Below, piece after piece: positions 13,469-31,054 of a stretch of DNA of 64,000 nucleotides. Within the stretch, counting starts at the first letter, position 1. Every line of letters starts with the position of its first letter. The notes under the pieces were generated by a model that did no database searches, was not told where the DNA came from, and worked only from the letters and a program-made list of their open reading frames with translations. Location of the stretch: assembly GCF_009914755.1 (NCBI RefSeq), contig NC_060933.1; one strand, given 5' to 3'. The position numbers and the translations under genes were made by a program. Origin of the DNA: the human T2T-CHM13v2.0 reference genome, Homo sapiens.

Positions 13469-14808
13469 GACCATGTTTCGAAAGGAAAGAAATAGACAAT
13501 TAATTGTCCCCTAAACTGTATCTGGCAATCTACACTCAGGCCAGACTTAGGTTAAAATAGACTCAGAAACCTTCACCTTATGAACTAATCTATTTATATG
13601 AGTTTGCATATATTTCTCTACATTTCCCAAAGCAATTGCCACCTAATGATGCTGATTCTGTCCATTTACATGGCAGTAGGCAAGGATCATCTATTACTCA
13701 TCTGCTGTTCTGAAAAATATAGCTATTTCACTAATCAGGGGCAAAAACATTTATACTATATGTTTATTTAGACATATTTATACTATATATGTCTAATACT
13801 GATATCACATCCATTGGTTCATGAAATGAATTGAGCAATTATTTCTCCTAAAGACATTTTATTTTTGTCAAGCAAAAGGTTTGTATATTTTAAAGGTAGT
13901 CAATGGTCTATAACAAATTGCAGCCTCTTTTGCTGTCAAAGGATAATCTAATTTCCCTTTTGGTTACTGACAAAGCTTGTGTTGAAATTCATTATTTTAA
14001 AAGCCTTTGACAATGGTTAATATAGATTAATATGGGCATTGTTTTTATTGTTATTCTCTAATATAACAGCCCTTAACTCATGCACAAGCACATTCATGGA
14101 AATTATAAATGAAAATTTGCATATGTTATATTAATTAAAACTTAACTTCCTTCTAACACTGAAAATATATACCCATGTGTTAATAGCTTTTCCAAATGAC
14201 ATCAGTACATAAGTGGATCTGAACGTACTTGATAAAAGCTGGTCAGTGTAGATTCGAGAACTATTGTTTAACCAATATCATGATGATTGATATTCCCCTC
14301 CAAAAAGGTTACTGAGCTGTTCCAAACGTCTTGATTTATAAAACCTGTGGAATTTCTAGTATACATTATGGCCACATCTGTGTATTTTATGGATATGGAC
14401 AATAATCAAAGACTTCATTTAACTTATTCTTTCTTTGTAGCAAGGCCTTTATTTATCCTGCCAAAAGTGAGCCAAAACTCAGATGGATGAGGTTAGACTA
14501 ATTAGAGAAAAAAATATAATTGTAAAATTTGGCATGCAATGTAGGGCCCACGTGCATTTCAAGGTCCTTTACTAAACCATTTAGTATTTTACAAAATCAA
14601 TTCAATAGCACATGTACACACAGATATAGGTCACAGATGTCTCCACCACAAGTACTTACATATTTTTAAATGTTATAAGATAAAATATCTAGGGATTTAG
14701 TGACTTTAAGCTGAATAGTTCAATAAAAACAACCATGTAATATATAATAACTTGGCAAAAATTGCTATATAAAAACTTAGACTTTATTTGTAGAAGTATA
14801 GCAGTATA

Positions 14809-15111
14809 GGCCAGACACAGTGGTTCAGGCTTATAATCCCAGTACTTTGAGAGGCCGAGGTGGGAGGATTGCTTGAGCCCAGGAGTTTGAGACTAGCCTG
14901 GGCAAGATGGCATGACCCCATCTCTACAAAATAATAATAATGGTAAAACATTATCTGGGCATGGTGATGCCTGTGGTCCCAGCTACTCGGGAGGCTGAGG
15001 CAGAAGGATCCCTTGAGTGCAGGAGTTCAAAGCTGCAGTGTACTGTGATCTCACCTCACTGCACTCCTGTCTGGACAACAGAGCTAGACTTCGTCTCTTA
15101 AAAAAATTAAA
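14809..15111 (+). mobile_element. AluJ
   Basis: ggattgcttgagcccaggagtttgag (J diagnostic); TSD aagtatagcagtata / aagtatagcagtgta. Confidence 0.92.
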
Positions 15112-15154
15112 AAGTATAGCAGTGTATCATGGTGTTTAAGAAGAATGGTTCTAT

Positions 15155-15238
15155 CGGGAGTTGGAGGTTGCAGTGAGCCAAGATCATGCCATTGCACTCC
15201 AGCCTGGGCAACTCCATCTGAAAAAAAAAAAAAAAAAT
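15155..15238 (+). mobile_element. 5'-truncated Alu (end of right arm) with A tail
   Basis: ggaggttgcagtgagccaagatcatgccattgcactccagcctgggcaa followed by a poly-A; TSD-like aagaatggttcta / aaaagtggttcta. Confidence 0.85.
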
Positions 15239-15834
15239 GAAAAAGTGGTTCTAGAACAATATTGCCTAAATTCAGTACCTGAAAATTCAGTTCCATTCAT
15301 TCGCTGTGTGACATTAGGCAAGTGTTTATGTTCTTGTCCTCTTGAGACTCAATTTTCTCATTTGTAAATGGAGATATTAATATGCTTATGGCTGAAGTTT
15401 ATGTTGAGGTTAACTGAATTATTCCACATCAAGCAGTTAGTGATGAAAGCTACTATATCATAAGTTCTCAAAAAAATTATATACTTATACATTATTTGGT
15501 ATTTATTTAAATGTTATTGTATAATTATAATGTCTTATTTTTTATCAGAGCCCTTAGATTGGGGCAATAATTAACTGATCAAAATGTATCTGTATTGGTG
15601 CACAACACACTTCAAAAGAACATTGTAAACACTGGGTCATTTTCAGAAGAAAATGGACTAAGTAATGAAATATGGGTATATAATGTTATAAGAAGAATTG
15701 CTAAAAAGTCCACAGTGTTAAGGCATATTAAGAGATAATATACCTTCAAATGTTATAAGCATAGTACCATTTGAGAGAATTATATTCATTTAAAAAAAAA
15801 CTAGGATCAAAGGATAGAATAATCATCATAGAAT

Positions 15835-16730
<896 letters not shown>

Positions 16731-16860
16731 AGCAGTGAAAATAATTTAACTTTCTTCTCCTGTCCCCCAAATGTTTTCACTGAAGTGATCATTATAGAAA
16801 TGAAGTTGTGAATGGATTGGAGAGAAAGTTTGGGTTTTCAATCGTTAAAAATATTCTAGC

Positions 16861-17025
16861 AGCTGGGCACAGTGGCTCATGCCTTGTAATCTCACCATTT
16901 TGGGAAGCTGATGCAGGGGGATCACATGAGCCCAGAAGTTCAAGGATACAGTGAGCTGTGATCATACCACTGCATTCCAGCCTGGGCAACAGAATGAGAC
17001 CTTGTTCAAAAATAAAAATAAAAAA
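16861..17025 (+). mobile_element. Alu monomer (FRAM/FAM-like, or a collapsed AluJ)
   Basis: A single ~145-nt arm with the Alu 5' start and a right-arm-type end, plus an A-rich tail. Confidence 0.8.
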
Positions 17026-19109
17026 TCGAGTACAATACCAATGAAATTCTTGTCCCTGGACATGTTCAGGCAGAAGCTGAATGATTGACTTACTTGTTGG
17101 AAAAGAAGGAATGTAAATTACTGAACTAGATCATGACTGACCTCTCAGGTTCCTTACAATGTTGTAATTGTACAATGCTCAATCCATTTATCCTACAAAA
17201 TAAGTTCAGTACAAGAACAGGCTCTACAACCTACACAAGAGGCTCAATTTCCTATGATGTTTTCTCCGAAAGACAAAAAATTGCAGCCAAAGATAAAATA
17301 AGAGGAAAACATTTATTTTTGCCAGAACTTCAAGATGCCCAGTGGAGATGGCAAACCGAGATATAAAATGTGAGTACAGATGGAATATATACCTCATATT
17401 CATACTTGAATGTGTATGAGTAGGTGTGTATACGGAAGAGCAGATTGGAAAGGAAATTTCAAGTCATAATGACTTGACCTGGGTTTGCATTCCTTGTCTG
17501 GCATTTAGTAGATAATGTGGCATTGGTGAGGATGCAACCTTTCCAGACCTCAGCTTCTTCATCTGTAAGTCAGGGAATTAATACTCACATTATGGTTACT
17601 GTGATGATCCAGGAAAATAATGATATAAAATAAGGTTCAATTATTATTAACATTTTTTAACATTTAAAATTAAAATATTATCTATTAGGATTATTTTTCC
17701 TGCTTAAATAAATGTAGAGTAGACTTAAAATCATCAGAAGTTTCTTTAGAGAGTGTACATAAATGTATATAATAGTTTTTTGATTCATTAAGTGTAGCAA
17801 GCAATGGAGATGAGCTTCTCTAAAGCCACTGATAATTATCCTTTTTATTGTCAGTCTCTATCAAAAAGGCTAGAGAGCTAAAGTATTCACCTTGTCAGAC
17901 TACCTTTGCAACAAGGGATGATTTTTTAGCACATTTTTGTCCAATGAGCTGTAGCATAAAGTTTTGTGGAGGGTTCATTTTTATAAGACAAAGCCTCCTA
18001 GAGTACAAGGCTTTTAGACTATCTACTTTCTTTCTGGTTGAAAGAAAACAGATGCACAGAGATGCTTCTGCTATCCTGCTACCAGGAGAACAAAAGCCAC
18101 AGAGTAGAAGGAGAAAATGAGTGTGGAATCCTGATGACTTCATTTAAACTTAATGTAGCTGGACAGCTCTCTGGGCTGCTTTTTGTGTGGTGTAACTAAA
18201 CATTTTACCTTTTTAAGTCATGTTTTCTATTGCTCTCACCTAAACACAATCCTATCCCATACATTGTAATGGCAAGGTTACTACAGGGCAGATTGGGCTA
18301 TCTAAATTAAGAGCATGCCTCCTAGATTTATATACATGTGATGTTCCATTCCAGGATACATCCAGGTTCTTTCAAAGTTATGTTTTGATATAAAAATGGA
18401 TTATCTGCCCTGTTCCCCTTTTTAGCAAATGGCTAGTAATCATTTGGCCAACTGCAGCCTAGTTTGGTATAATGAAATAGCTACCAGCAAGCAACAAAAT
18501 CACATTCCAGTGAAGAATGTGATGAATATATATGCTGCCTAATATTCACAATCAGAAAATCTGTGCAATCCACTGGCACCTACTATTCTTCCATTGATGT
18601 AATATTGAAGGTCTAGGTGGTTAAGCAAGACATCTGGGTTTCAATCAGAATACAGAAAAAGTTGTAGATTATAAAATACTTTTGTGAGAATCCATAACAA
18701 TGGGTAATGTCTAATAAAGAAAATGGAATTTCACACTAACACTTTTAAGGACACGGGAAATACACTTTCAGCTTTCACTATACTCATGTGCTACCTCATT
18801 CATTCAAATACATTTTGCCTTCCACCACAGAAACTGAATTTGGAGATGGTACAAAACTTTAGGGATAATCTCTTTTAGGATGTTGAATAACCCTACATTG
18901 CCTTTTCTCATCAATGGCAGATCAGAGACATGCCCTCAAATCAACTATGTTTCTTAAATCTCTCTAAAGTTAAAATTTTGGAGATATAGATATGTGAAAA
19001 TATTTCAGTAGAAATTCATAATAGCATTGCTTCATAGAATAAATTTATTTCAATATTCTTGAATAATTCTCTGTAATAAGAATTGTTCAAGATACTTAGA
19101 GACAAAAAA

Positions 19110-20290
19110 GTTCATCTTTAACTGAATAGAGATTGGAAACAGGCCCATTCACATGTAAAAACTTGATGTATAATGAAGGTGATGAAGAAATAAATGGGAA
19201 AGGAAATCAGTAGATAGTATTATCTCAGGAAGTGAAAAACATTTAAAATATAGAATATACCAAGCAACACATTCAAACATGAGCTTCAGCTGTGCTAAAA
19301 GCATAAATATTAAAGGTAAATTATAAATAATAGAAGCTCATATATTGGGATGTCTTTATGGATCTACGGTTGAGAAATGATTTCTTAAAACCTCTACAAC
19401 ACAAAAGGCAAAAAATTCTGCTTGTTTTCATTGAAGTGTTGTGTTCAATAAGGCACATCACTAACAACAAATACAACGTATTGGAAGAAAATATTTACAA
19501 TGCTTAAAAACAAAGGAATTAATATCTGGAATATGTAATGAACTCTTAAAAATAAACACATAAAAGAAGGCAATCAAATGGAGAAATAGACAAAGATTAT
19601 AATGTGGTAGTTGGTAATTACCAGAAGAACTATATTGCTAATAACCATATGAAGAACCTCACACTCATTAGTACATAGATAAATGCAAAGGAAAGACAAA
19701 GAGAATTTAAAACTCATTAAAGATGTAAAACTGGTTGATGACAAAGGCTGACAGAAACCTAGAGGTACAGGAATCCTCGAGCACTGCTGGTTGGAGAGAT
19801 GGTTCCTAGATTGAGTTATGGAGAACTTGTGATCCAACAAACTTATTTCAGAGCATATAGTCCAGAATAGTCTGCCCAACCCCAACCTCATCTCAGATTT
19901 CTGCGGGAAAATGTGTGGCCATACTGCAACATTGCTTATGGTAGTGGAAATTTGAAGATAATCTAAGTATTTGTCACTGAAAAATTATGGAATGCTCTTC
20001 AAAAGTTAGAAGCAGTGGACTAGATATTCACACATCAATCTTAAAAACTAAAACAGAATTAGAACATTGCAAGATCTATAATGTATTTTAAAATACACAC
20101 ACATACAAACAAAACCACGTATAAGATATGTACATCAATAAAAAGAAAAGACATGACAACTGAAATAGTTCCTTGGGCAGAGAGAAAGGAATAAGGATAA
20201 AATAAATAAATTTTAAATATATATAAAACAGTTTAGGGGCCTTGCATAATGGAACGATGTTATCAGGCCATGAAGAAAGAAATATTATTC
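19110..20290 (+). mobile_element. Ancient L1 (L1ME-type) 3' fragments
   Basis: Degenerate motifs from the L1 ORF2 C-terminal region and 3'UTR (gaagaaaatatttacaatg, ggaattaatatctggaatatgtaatgaactc, cagaaacctagagg...gcactgctggttggag). Confidence 0.6.
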
Positions 20291-21736
20291 ATTCAACTTT
20301 TTGTATCTGATGTTCCCCCACCAAAATAAACAAATAGCAAAAAAAGAAAAATCTGGAACACAGTGTTATCACAGGAAACCAAGAATAAAAATTCACCATG
20401 CCAAGGATAAAGCAGAAAAATCACAGCATAAACAACACATGTAGCCAGAGTAAAAGACATAGGAGTACATCTCATAGTCCATTTTTTAAAGCTATATAAA
20501 GCTTGGGGAAAGAAGCAAACTCCAAGACTTAATGTGATTTTTTGTATGAGAAGTAATGGAAGGTAATAAGAACACAGGCTTTCTTCTTATTTAGACATCC
20601 TTGTTTTCTAATTCAGATTCTATCTTTTTCTATGTATGTGATCTAAGTAAGATGATTTTAATTAAAGCCAACCCTTCGCTTCTTTTCATTTTATACATAA
20701 GAATGATACTGCTTGCATTGCAAATCTATTGGGAATATTATAAAACAGTGTATTTCATATATATATGTGCATATATATGTGCATATATATGTGTGTGTAT
20801 ATATATGTATATATATAATTTTACCTCTCCAGAGGAATATGTTTTTTACTTGAGCTATAGAAATAAATCTATATTAGTAAAAATCCAGGATTTATCTAAT
20901 AGTGAAACATAAAAGTTATTGCTGAATGGAACTTTAAAGTATTACTGCATGATTTCAGGTATTTGTTAGAGAGCTTTAAAAGGCCAGAGACTCCTGTGAG
21001 GGTATGAATCATGGGCAGAATCACATCAAATTTCAGGCTAAAATTAGACTTTAGGGATACAACATGGTCACGAAGTCCTGAAAATTTTATCAACTCTTTT
21101 AATCTACCTACTTAAAAAATATCTTAAAGGCTACCTCTTCAGAAAGCTTTAATTTTTGGTCATGAAAGTACGAATTTGAGCCCTTCTTTATGGATTTAAA
21201 CATCAAATACTAGTTGACTTGCCTTTGCTCTTGTCTTTTCCTCTAATCTGATATTGATAGGCCACATGAGGCCTTCATCTTTTTCCTTGTCTGTTTTCTC
21301 CTAACTTCATTTGCTTGCTCCTTACCTAAGGTATGACTATGAGGATATTGGATCCATTAGATGGGAGGAGTAGATATTATTAAAGGGTGTGAAAGGAGAA
21401 ACAAAAAACCTGGTTCACAATATTCCCTTCATCTGGAAGATTATATGTATATACACAATCTCCAGATTATGTATGTATATATATTTATGTGTGTGTGTCT
21501 CTATATATAGATACACGCATGCATATATAATGCTTTCATAGGAAAAATCACTGATTTAAAAAATAATTATTGTGATATTCCATTTATTGATAACATTAAA
21601 CATTCTAATTGGTCCATCAAGTCAGGTAGAGAATGTAAGTACTTAAAATATCTTCAAGTGATAGATAGCCCAGAGCTCAGATTTAAAATCCTTTGTACAA
21701 CCAAAGATGATCTTATCAAGAATTGATGACAGTGGA

Positions 21737-23736
21737 TTTGTAATATATTTTGAAATCAGGAAGTGCAATGTCTACAGCATTGTTTTCCATTCTCAGGATT
21801 GTTTTGGGTATTTGAAATCCTTTGTACTTCCATATGAATTTTAGGATATTTTTCTATTTCTGTTAAAAAATGCCATTGTGATTTTGATAGGAATTTCACT
21901 GAATTTGTAAACTGCTTTGGGTAGTATAAACATTTTAACAATATTAAGTCTTCTAATCCATGAACACAGGATATCTATTTATTTGTGTCGTCTTTAATTT
22001 TACTCATGAATTTTTTTTGCAATCTACAGTGTGCAAGTTGTTCACCTTCTCAGTTAAGTTTATTTCTAAGTACTTTGTTCTTTTGATGATATTGTAAGTG
22101 GGGTCATTTTCTTAATTTCTTTTCATTGTTTGTACATAGAAACACAACCAATTTTTGTATGCTTGTTTTATACCCTGCAACATTACTGAATTTGTTTATT
22201 ATAATAGGTTTTTACGGTAGAATCTTTAGGGTGTTCTACATTTAAGATCATACCATCTCAAATAGATATAATTTTACTTCTTTCTTTATGACTTATATAT
22301 TCCTTTTATTTATTTTTCTGCTTAATTAGTCAGGCTAGGACTTCTAGTACTATGTTGAATAGGATAGACAAGTGTGGGCATCATTTCCTTGTTCCTGATG
22401 TTGGAGGAAAAGCTTTCGATTTTTTTTATTATTGAATGTGATGTTAGTTGGGGTCTTTTTATGTATTTTCTTTCTTATCTTAAGTAAATTCTTCTACTCC
22501 TAGTTTGTTGAGTTTTTGTCATGAAAATGTGTTGAATGTTTTCAAATCCTGGGTTTTTAAAATCTAATTAGACTATCATGTTGTTTTTATCCTTTATGTG
22601 ATTACTGTGGTCTATCATGTTAATTTTCATACGTTGAACCCCCCTTGCATCCAGGGATAAAGGCTACTTGGTGGTGATGAATGATGAAAGGCTACTATGC
22701 TGTTGAATTTAGCTTGCTGGTGTTTTATTGAAGATTATTTTTATCTAGCATAGAGGCAGACATATTGACTAATGGAACAGAATAAAAACTCTAGAAATAA
22801 ATCCATGCATATATAAACCACTGATGTTTTACTATGGTACCAGGAATATACAATGGAGGAAGGATAGCCTCTTCAACAAATGATGTTGGGAAAACTGGGT
22901 ATCCATATACAAAAGAATGAAATCAAGTACTTATCTTATACCATACACAAAAATCAAGTTAAACTAGGTTAAAGACGTAAACATAAGACCTGAAACTGTA
23001 GAATGCCTAGAGGAAAACATAGGAAAAATGCTTCATGAGTTTTGTCTTGTCAGCTTCTTAGATATGACCCCCAAATCACAGGCAACAAAAGCAAAATTAG
23101 ACAAGTGGAACTAGATAAAACTAAAAGGCTTCTGCATATCAAAGGAAACAACTAACAGTAAAAAGACAACCTACAGAATGTGAGGGAGAAAATATTTGAA
23201 AACTGCATATATACGATATGGAGTTAATATCCAAAATATATAAGGAGCTCCTAAATTTCAATAGTGAAAATAATCAAATAACGCAATTAAAAATGGGCAA
23301 AGGATTTGAAAAGGCATTTCTCAAAACAGACATACAAATTGTCAATAAGTACATAAGAAAGTTCTCAACATCACTAGTTATCAGGGAGATGGAAATCAAA
23401 ACCACTATGAGATATCATCTCACACCTGTTAGGAAGCTATTATGAAAAAAGTAAAAACAAATGTTAATAAGGATATGGAGAAACTGCAACCCTTGTACTT
23501 TGTTGCTGTGGATATAAAAGGTTGCAGCCACTATAGAAAGCAGCATGGAGATTCCGCAAAAATTAAAAATAGAAGTACTATATGATCCAACAATTCAACT
23601 TCTGGGTATTTATCCAAAAGAATTGACATCAGGATCTTGAAAAGATATTTACACTTCCATGTTCTCTGCAGCATTATACGGAATAACCAAAATGTGGAAA
23701 CAACCTAAATGTCCATCAATGGATAAAGGGATAAAG

Positions 23737-23785
<49 letters not shown>

Positions 23786-23870
23786 TGTGTATGTGTGTAT
23801 ATGTGTGTGTGTGTATATACATATGAATATTTAGCTTTTAGAAAGAAGAAAATTCTTTCATATGTGATCA
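21737..23870 (+). mobile_element. L1 (L1MA/MB-type) with an inverted 5' segment (21737-22745 minus, 22746-23870 plus)
   Basis: The minus piece ends at ...CTTCCTGATTTCAAAATATATTACAAA and the plus piece starts at the next consensus segment CTAGCATAGAGGCAGACATATTGACTAATGGAACAG. ORF2 C-terminal remnant 23218-23445 (...TTMRYHLTPVR). Confidence 0.88.
23746..23820. repeat. (TG)n/(TA)n microsatellite in the L1 3' region
   Basis: A long run of tg repeats followed by imperfect tg/ta. Confidence 0.95.
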
Positions 23871-24234
23871 CTATTATGAGTTTTGCCTCCAGCAGCAACT
23901 CTGCCAGGTCCTCACAATGAATTTCAGAAAAGATTTCCTTGTGCTTCTGGCCCAGAAGGGGAAAGGAAACAACTTTTAAATATGTCAAAGTATTCTGTTC
24001 TTCTTAACCAGGTCTGCCTTCAGGAGAAACTGTAACCAAAATAATCAACTGAGATTTTAACAGAGCCTAACTGATTTGGGAGAAGAGGAATATCCAACTC
24101 GAACCTACTCTAGCTATCTTGTTCTATATAGGACTTTTCTTTTTGGAATTTCCACTATATGTATGTTTCACCTTTTGTAGTTGTCTCACAGTTCTTGGAT
24201 ATCCTATTTTGTTGTACTTTTGCAGTACTCTCAC

Positions 24235-25585
24235 CCATCTATCAGAAATGTACAAATCAAGCAGGCAGAAAATTAGTAAGGATCTAGTTGAACTCAACAC
24301 TATTAAGTAACTTGATATAATGGACATCTGTAGACTATTTGATTCAGCAACAGGAGAATACACATTCTTCTCAAACTCCTGTGGAACATTCACCAAGATA
24401 GAGCATATTCTGAGTGACATAAAAATCTTAACCAATTTAAAATAATAGAAATCATATAATGTCTGCTCTCAGACCACAATGGATTTAAACTAGAAATTGA
24501 TAACAGAAAAACAGTTGGAAAGTTCCAAAATATTTAGAGATTAGATAGCATACTTCTAAGTAATATAAGAGTCAAACAAGAAATCTCAAGAAAAAATTTA
24601 AAAATATTTTGAACTAACAGAAAATGAAAAATATAACTTATCAAAATGTGTAAGATGCGGTGATGAGAGAGAAATTTATACCACTTAATGCATATATTAG
24701 AATGGAAGAATGCTCTAAAATAAATCATCTAAGCTTCCACCTTAGGAAAATAAAAAAAAAGAATAAATCCAAAGTAAGTAGAAAAAAATAAATAATAAAA
24801 GCCAGAGTGAAAATTAATAAAATTGAAACCAGGAAATCAAGAGAGTCAACAAAACCAAAAGCTAATTATTTGAAAAATCATTAAAATTAATATTCCTCTA
24901 GTCAAGCTAACTATGAGAAAAAGAGAGGACACAAATTACTAACATCAAAAATAAAGAGTCACATCACTTCTGATCTCATGGATATTAAAAGGATAATAAA
25001 GGCATTCTATGAACAACTCTATGCCAACTAATTCGATAACCTTGATGAAATAGGCCAATTCCTTGCCAGACACAATCTGCCGTAATTCACACATGAAGAC
25101 ATAGACAATCCAAATAGGCCCATGTTTATTAAAGAGATTGAATCAATATTTCATAATCTCACAGAACATAAAGCTCCAGACCCATACGGATTCATGGGTG
25201 AATTTTATCAAACATTTAAGGAAGAAATTATATTCTGCACAATCTTTTTCAGAAGGTAGAAGCAAAGGGAATACTTTCTAACTCATCTTAGGAGACTAGA
25301 ATTGCCATAATACCAAAATCAAAGACATTACAAGAATAAAAAAACTATAGACCAACATCTCTCATGTATATAGAAGCAAGGAATTCTCAACAAAATAGCA
25401 GCAAATCAAGTCAAATAATGTCTAAAAAGAATTACACACCATGATCAATCCCAGGTAGGCAGAGCTGATTCAACATTTGGACATCAATTAATCTGTTACA
25501 TCAACAGGCTAGAGAAGAAAAAAAGTCACATGATTATATCAATAGATGCAGAAAAAGCATTTGACAAAATCCAACACCTATTCTC
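24235..25585 (+). mobile_element. Old L1 (L1MC/MD-type) ORF2 fragment, endonuclease to RT start
   Basis: gaatacacattcttctcaaac...ggaacattcaccaagataga; ctctcagaccacaatgga; atagatgcagaaaaagcatttgacaaaatccaacacc (IDAEKAFDKIQH). Confidence 0.85.
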
Positions 25586-26552
25586 TACCTTCTTACTGGC
25601 CATACCCACTCAACACACATACTGCTACGTTGTTACTGCTTGGCAGCCTATGTTAAGCTTGTGACAGGAGCAGGGAATTTCTCTATTCTTCTGGTCGAGA
25701 TTCAGTTGTAGAGTCTTTGTGTCTAAGCATGGGAAATGGCATCTCTTTATTATTCCTTCCTGTTCCTCCAGTGACAGGCAAACTCCGTTATGTATCATTA
25801 ACAGGTCTTGGGCAGGAAAGATTTTTTTGCCCCTCCATCAGCAGTAGCAAATGCTGCTATATATCATTCAAAATTCTTGTCCCTAGAGGAGCTTCTATTT
25901 CTACCCTTTTGCCAGAAGCTGTGACTCTTTGCTTGGTTTCTCAGGCAAAAAGGAGTGTTTTCTACCCTTCCTCCAATAGTTTTGCTTTTGCCATTTTCCA
26001 GCAGTCCTGTGAGTGGGAGATTTGCTGCCCCCGTCTCAATGGCTTGGGATTTTGCTTCTCATAAAAGTAGGGTCTGGTGAATTAATATTGTATGTTTGTC
26101 CCTCAGTGGTAGCCAAAAACCTCTTTCATATGTGTGCCACTGAAGGGGGCTCACTCTGTTCTCCTGCCTTGGACCCATCTTTTTTGTGAGTCCCATGATT
26201 TTGTGAGTGAGTGAGAACTACCATTGTTCGTGTAGCTCTCAGTTCTTCTAAACGAATGTGCTAACTCACAGTCAGTCTCTTCTATTGCATTACGATTTTA
26301 GCTGACTATTACCCACTTATTTGGCAGTCATCTGTCCCTCCTATGTTCTTTCAAAGATTAAATAGTCCAGCAGTCTCATCTCTTTGAAGGTGATTGTTAT
26401 TCCTTGGAATTAAGTCTGCTTGAATGTCTTGTAATCTCAAGTTTCTGATGAATTCAAGAATGGTGTGCTTTTCTAAATTATCCACCTTTTCCTTGTTAAG
26501 ATAGGATGGATGTTCTTTTGTAGCTTTCTATACCTTAAGCAGGATTGAAATT
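25586..26552 (-). mobile_element. Probable ancient L1M 5'UTR fragment
   Basis: Ends in a motif resembling old L1M 5' termini (tagctttctataccttaagcaggattgaaatt) and abuts the L1 ORF2 fragment; weak recognition. Confidence 0.45.
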
Positions 26553-26639
26553 GGCAATGGTCTTTTAAAAGGCATTTAGCAAACAGCGACCCAAAGCAGT
26601 GGACTCAAAACACAGAATATACACATAGTTTATTTTTCA

Positions 26640-27640
26640 AGCAGAATACAAATCTGAAAGCATACATTTTATGTTGTCACTTTTTTGCTTAAAACCTCTA
26701 CAATGATTTCTTATCGCTCTTAAAATACAAACTTCAGGCCACAACCCATAATTCCCTTCATCATCTGGCTGCTGTCTATATCACCACTCAACTCATATTG
26801 TTCTCCTTCTGGCTCACTCTGATGAAGCCTTATGGCATAGGTAGCTCTTATTTTCAACACACTAGACTCCTTCATGTCTCTGAGCTTTTTACCTCTAGCT
26901 GAAATATGCTTGCTTCTAATTTTTGTATGATTGGTTTCTTCTTCTTTTAGTTCATATCTGAAATGCCTACTTTCCCTTAGTTATTCCATGATCTCAAATC
27001 TCATTTTTTCATGTGACAATTCTCTCTACAATCATATTTATTTTTTGCTTATTTCTCAAAAAATAAGCCCCATCAAAGAAGGGAAATTTCCTCTACTAGT
27101 CACTTCAATATTTCTAGCACCCAGATCATTAATCGGCATATATTAGAAACTCATTACCACAGCCCCTTCACCCCATCTGTAGGGCATATGTTCCAGGACA
27201 CTAAGTGAATGACTGTAACTGCAGATAGTACTGAACCCTGCATATGCTGTGTGTTTTTTTTTTTCTTATACATACATACCTATGGGATTGCTTAAGTTAG
27301 AATTTGGCACCGTAAGAGACTAATAACAATAATAAAAATTTATAACAATAGACTATAATAAAAGTTATATGAATGTGGTCTCTCTCTAAATATCTTGTTG
27401 TACTATCCTCACCCTTCTTGTGATGACATGAGAATATAAAATACTTACATGATGAGATAAAGTGAGGTAAATTACATAGAGAGGCATTGTGATGTAGCAT
27501 TTAAAGCTTATTTCTGGAATTGTTTATTTCTGGAATTTTTCATTTACTATTTTCAGACCATGATTGACTATGAGTAACTGAAAACACAGAAAGCAAAACT
27601 GAGGATAAGTGGGGACTACTGTAACTACTTACTGAAAGAA
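26640..27640 (+). mobile_element. L2 3' relic (interrupted by MER44)
   Basis: gtcacttttttgcttaaaacctctacaatgatttc...tttctagcacccagatca...tattagaaactca, typical of the L2 3' end. Confidence 0.6.
27157..27621. mobile_element. MER44-family (Tigger) DNA transposon
   Basis: Right terminus ...aaaactgaggataagtggggactactg followed by TA; ttatttctggaatttttcattt motif; TA before the degenerate left TIR. Confidence 0.85.
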
Positions 27641-27877
27641 GGTTGGGTGAATTAACACCTGTGTATTATGTTAATATATGCAATTTTAAAAAATTCATAA
27701 TGCTTTTGTGTGTGTATTTGGTATCTCTAGATTATTGAACAATGGCTTGGCATTAGTAAAAATTTACTAGATATTTAGTGAAAAAACTACGGAAATATAG
27801 ATCTCAGATCAATGAGATATGGATTCAATAGTTTCATGGGGAAAATTTTTAAAAACAATAAAGCCTATTACAAATGT

Positions 27878-30602
<2,725 letters not shown>

Positions 30603-31054
30603 ACTACCTTTAGTGATTTACTTGTCCAGTGTTCCTTCATTAGGTAACACACTCTTTCATGGGGCTATTCTTATTCTAGCCAAAATGAAATGTTAGCTAT
30701 TTTTATTCACATTGTAAGTGACTGAAACAGCATAAATGATTCCATCTTAGGGGAAGTTATGCTTTACAAAGGGATAACAGCTTCAAATAAAGAATTCACT
30801 TCTAACAAATGGATTTTCAGGTTCCAGCCAATGTCAAGAATAGGGTGATTTGCAAGAGACAGTTCTCAGATTCTCAGAAATTTCCTGAAGGGTTTGACAC
30901 ACAAATGGCATACATGTTCAATCTTCCTCCTCTAGGAGCCCCACAATCCAAGTCTCAGACACCTCCAAATTAGTACAATTTTTACACCAACATGTCAAAG
31001 TCTCAATCTTGTTAGAGTATCAGGTTTCAACTTTCAATGTAAGGGTGAAGAAAG

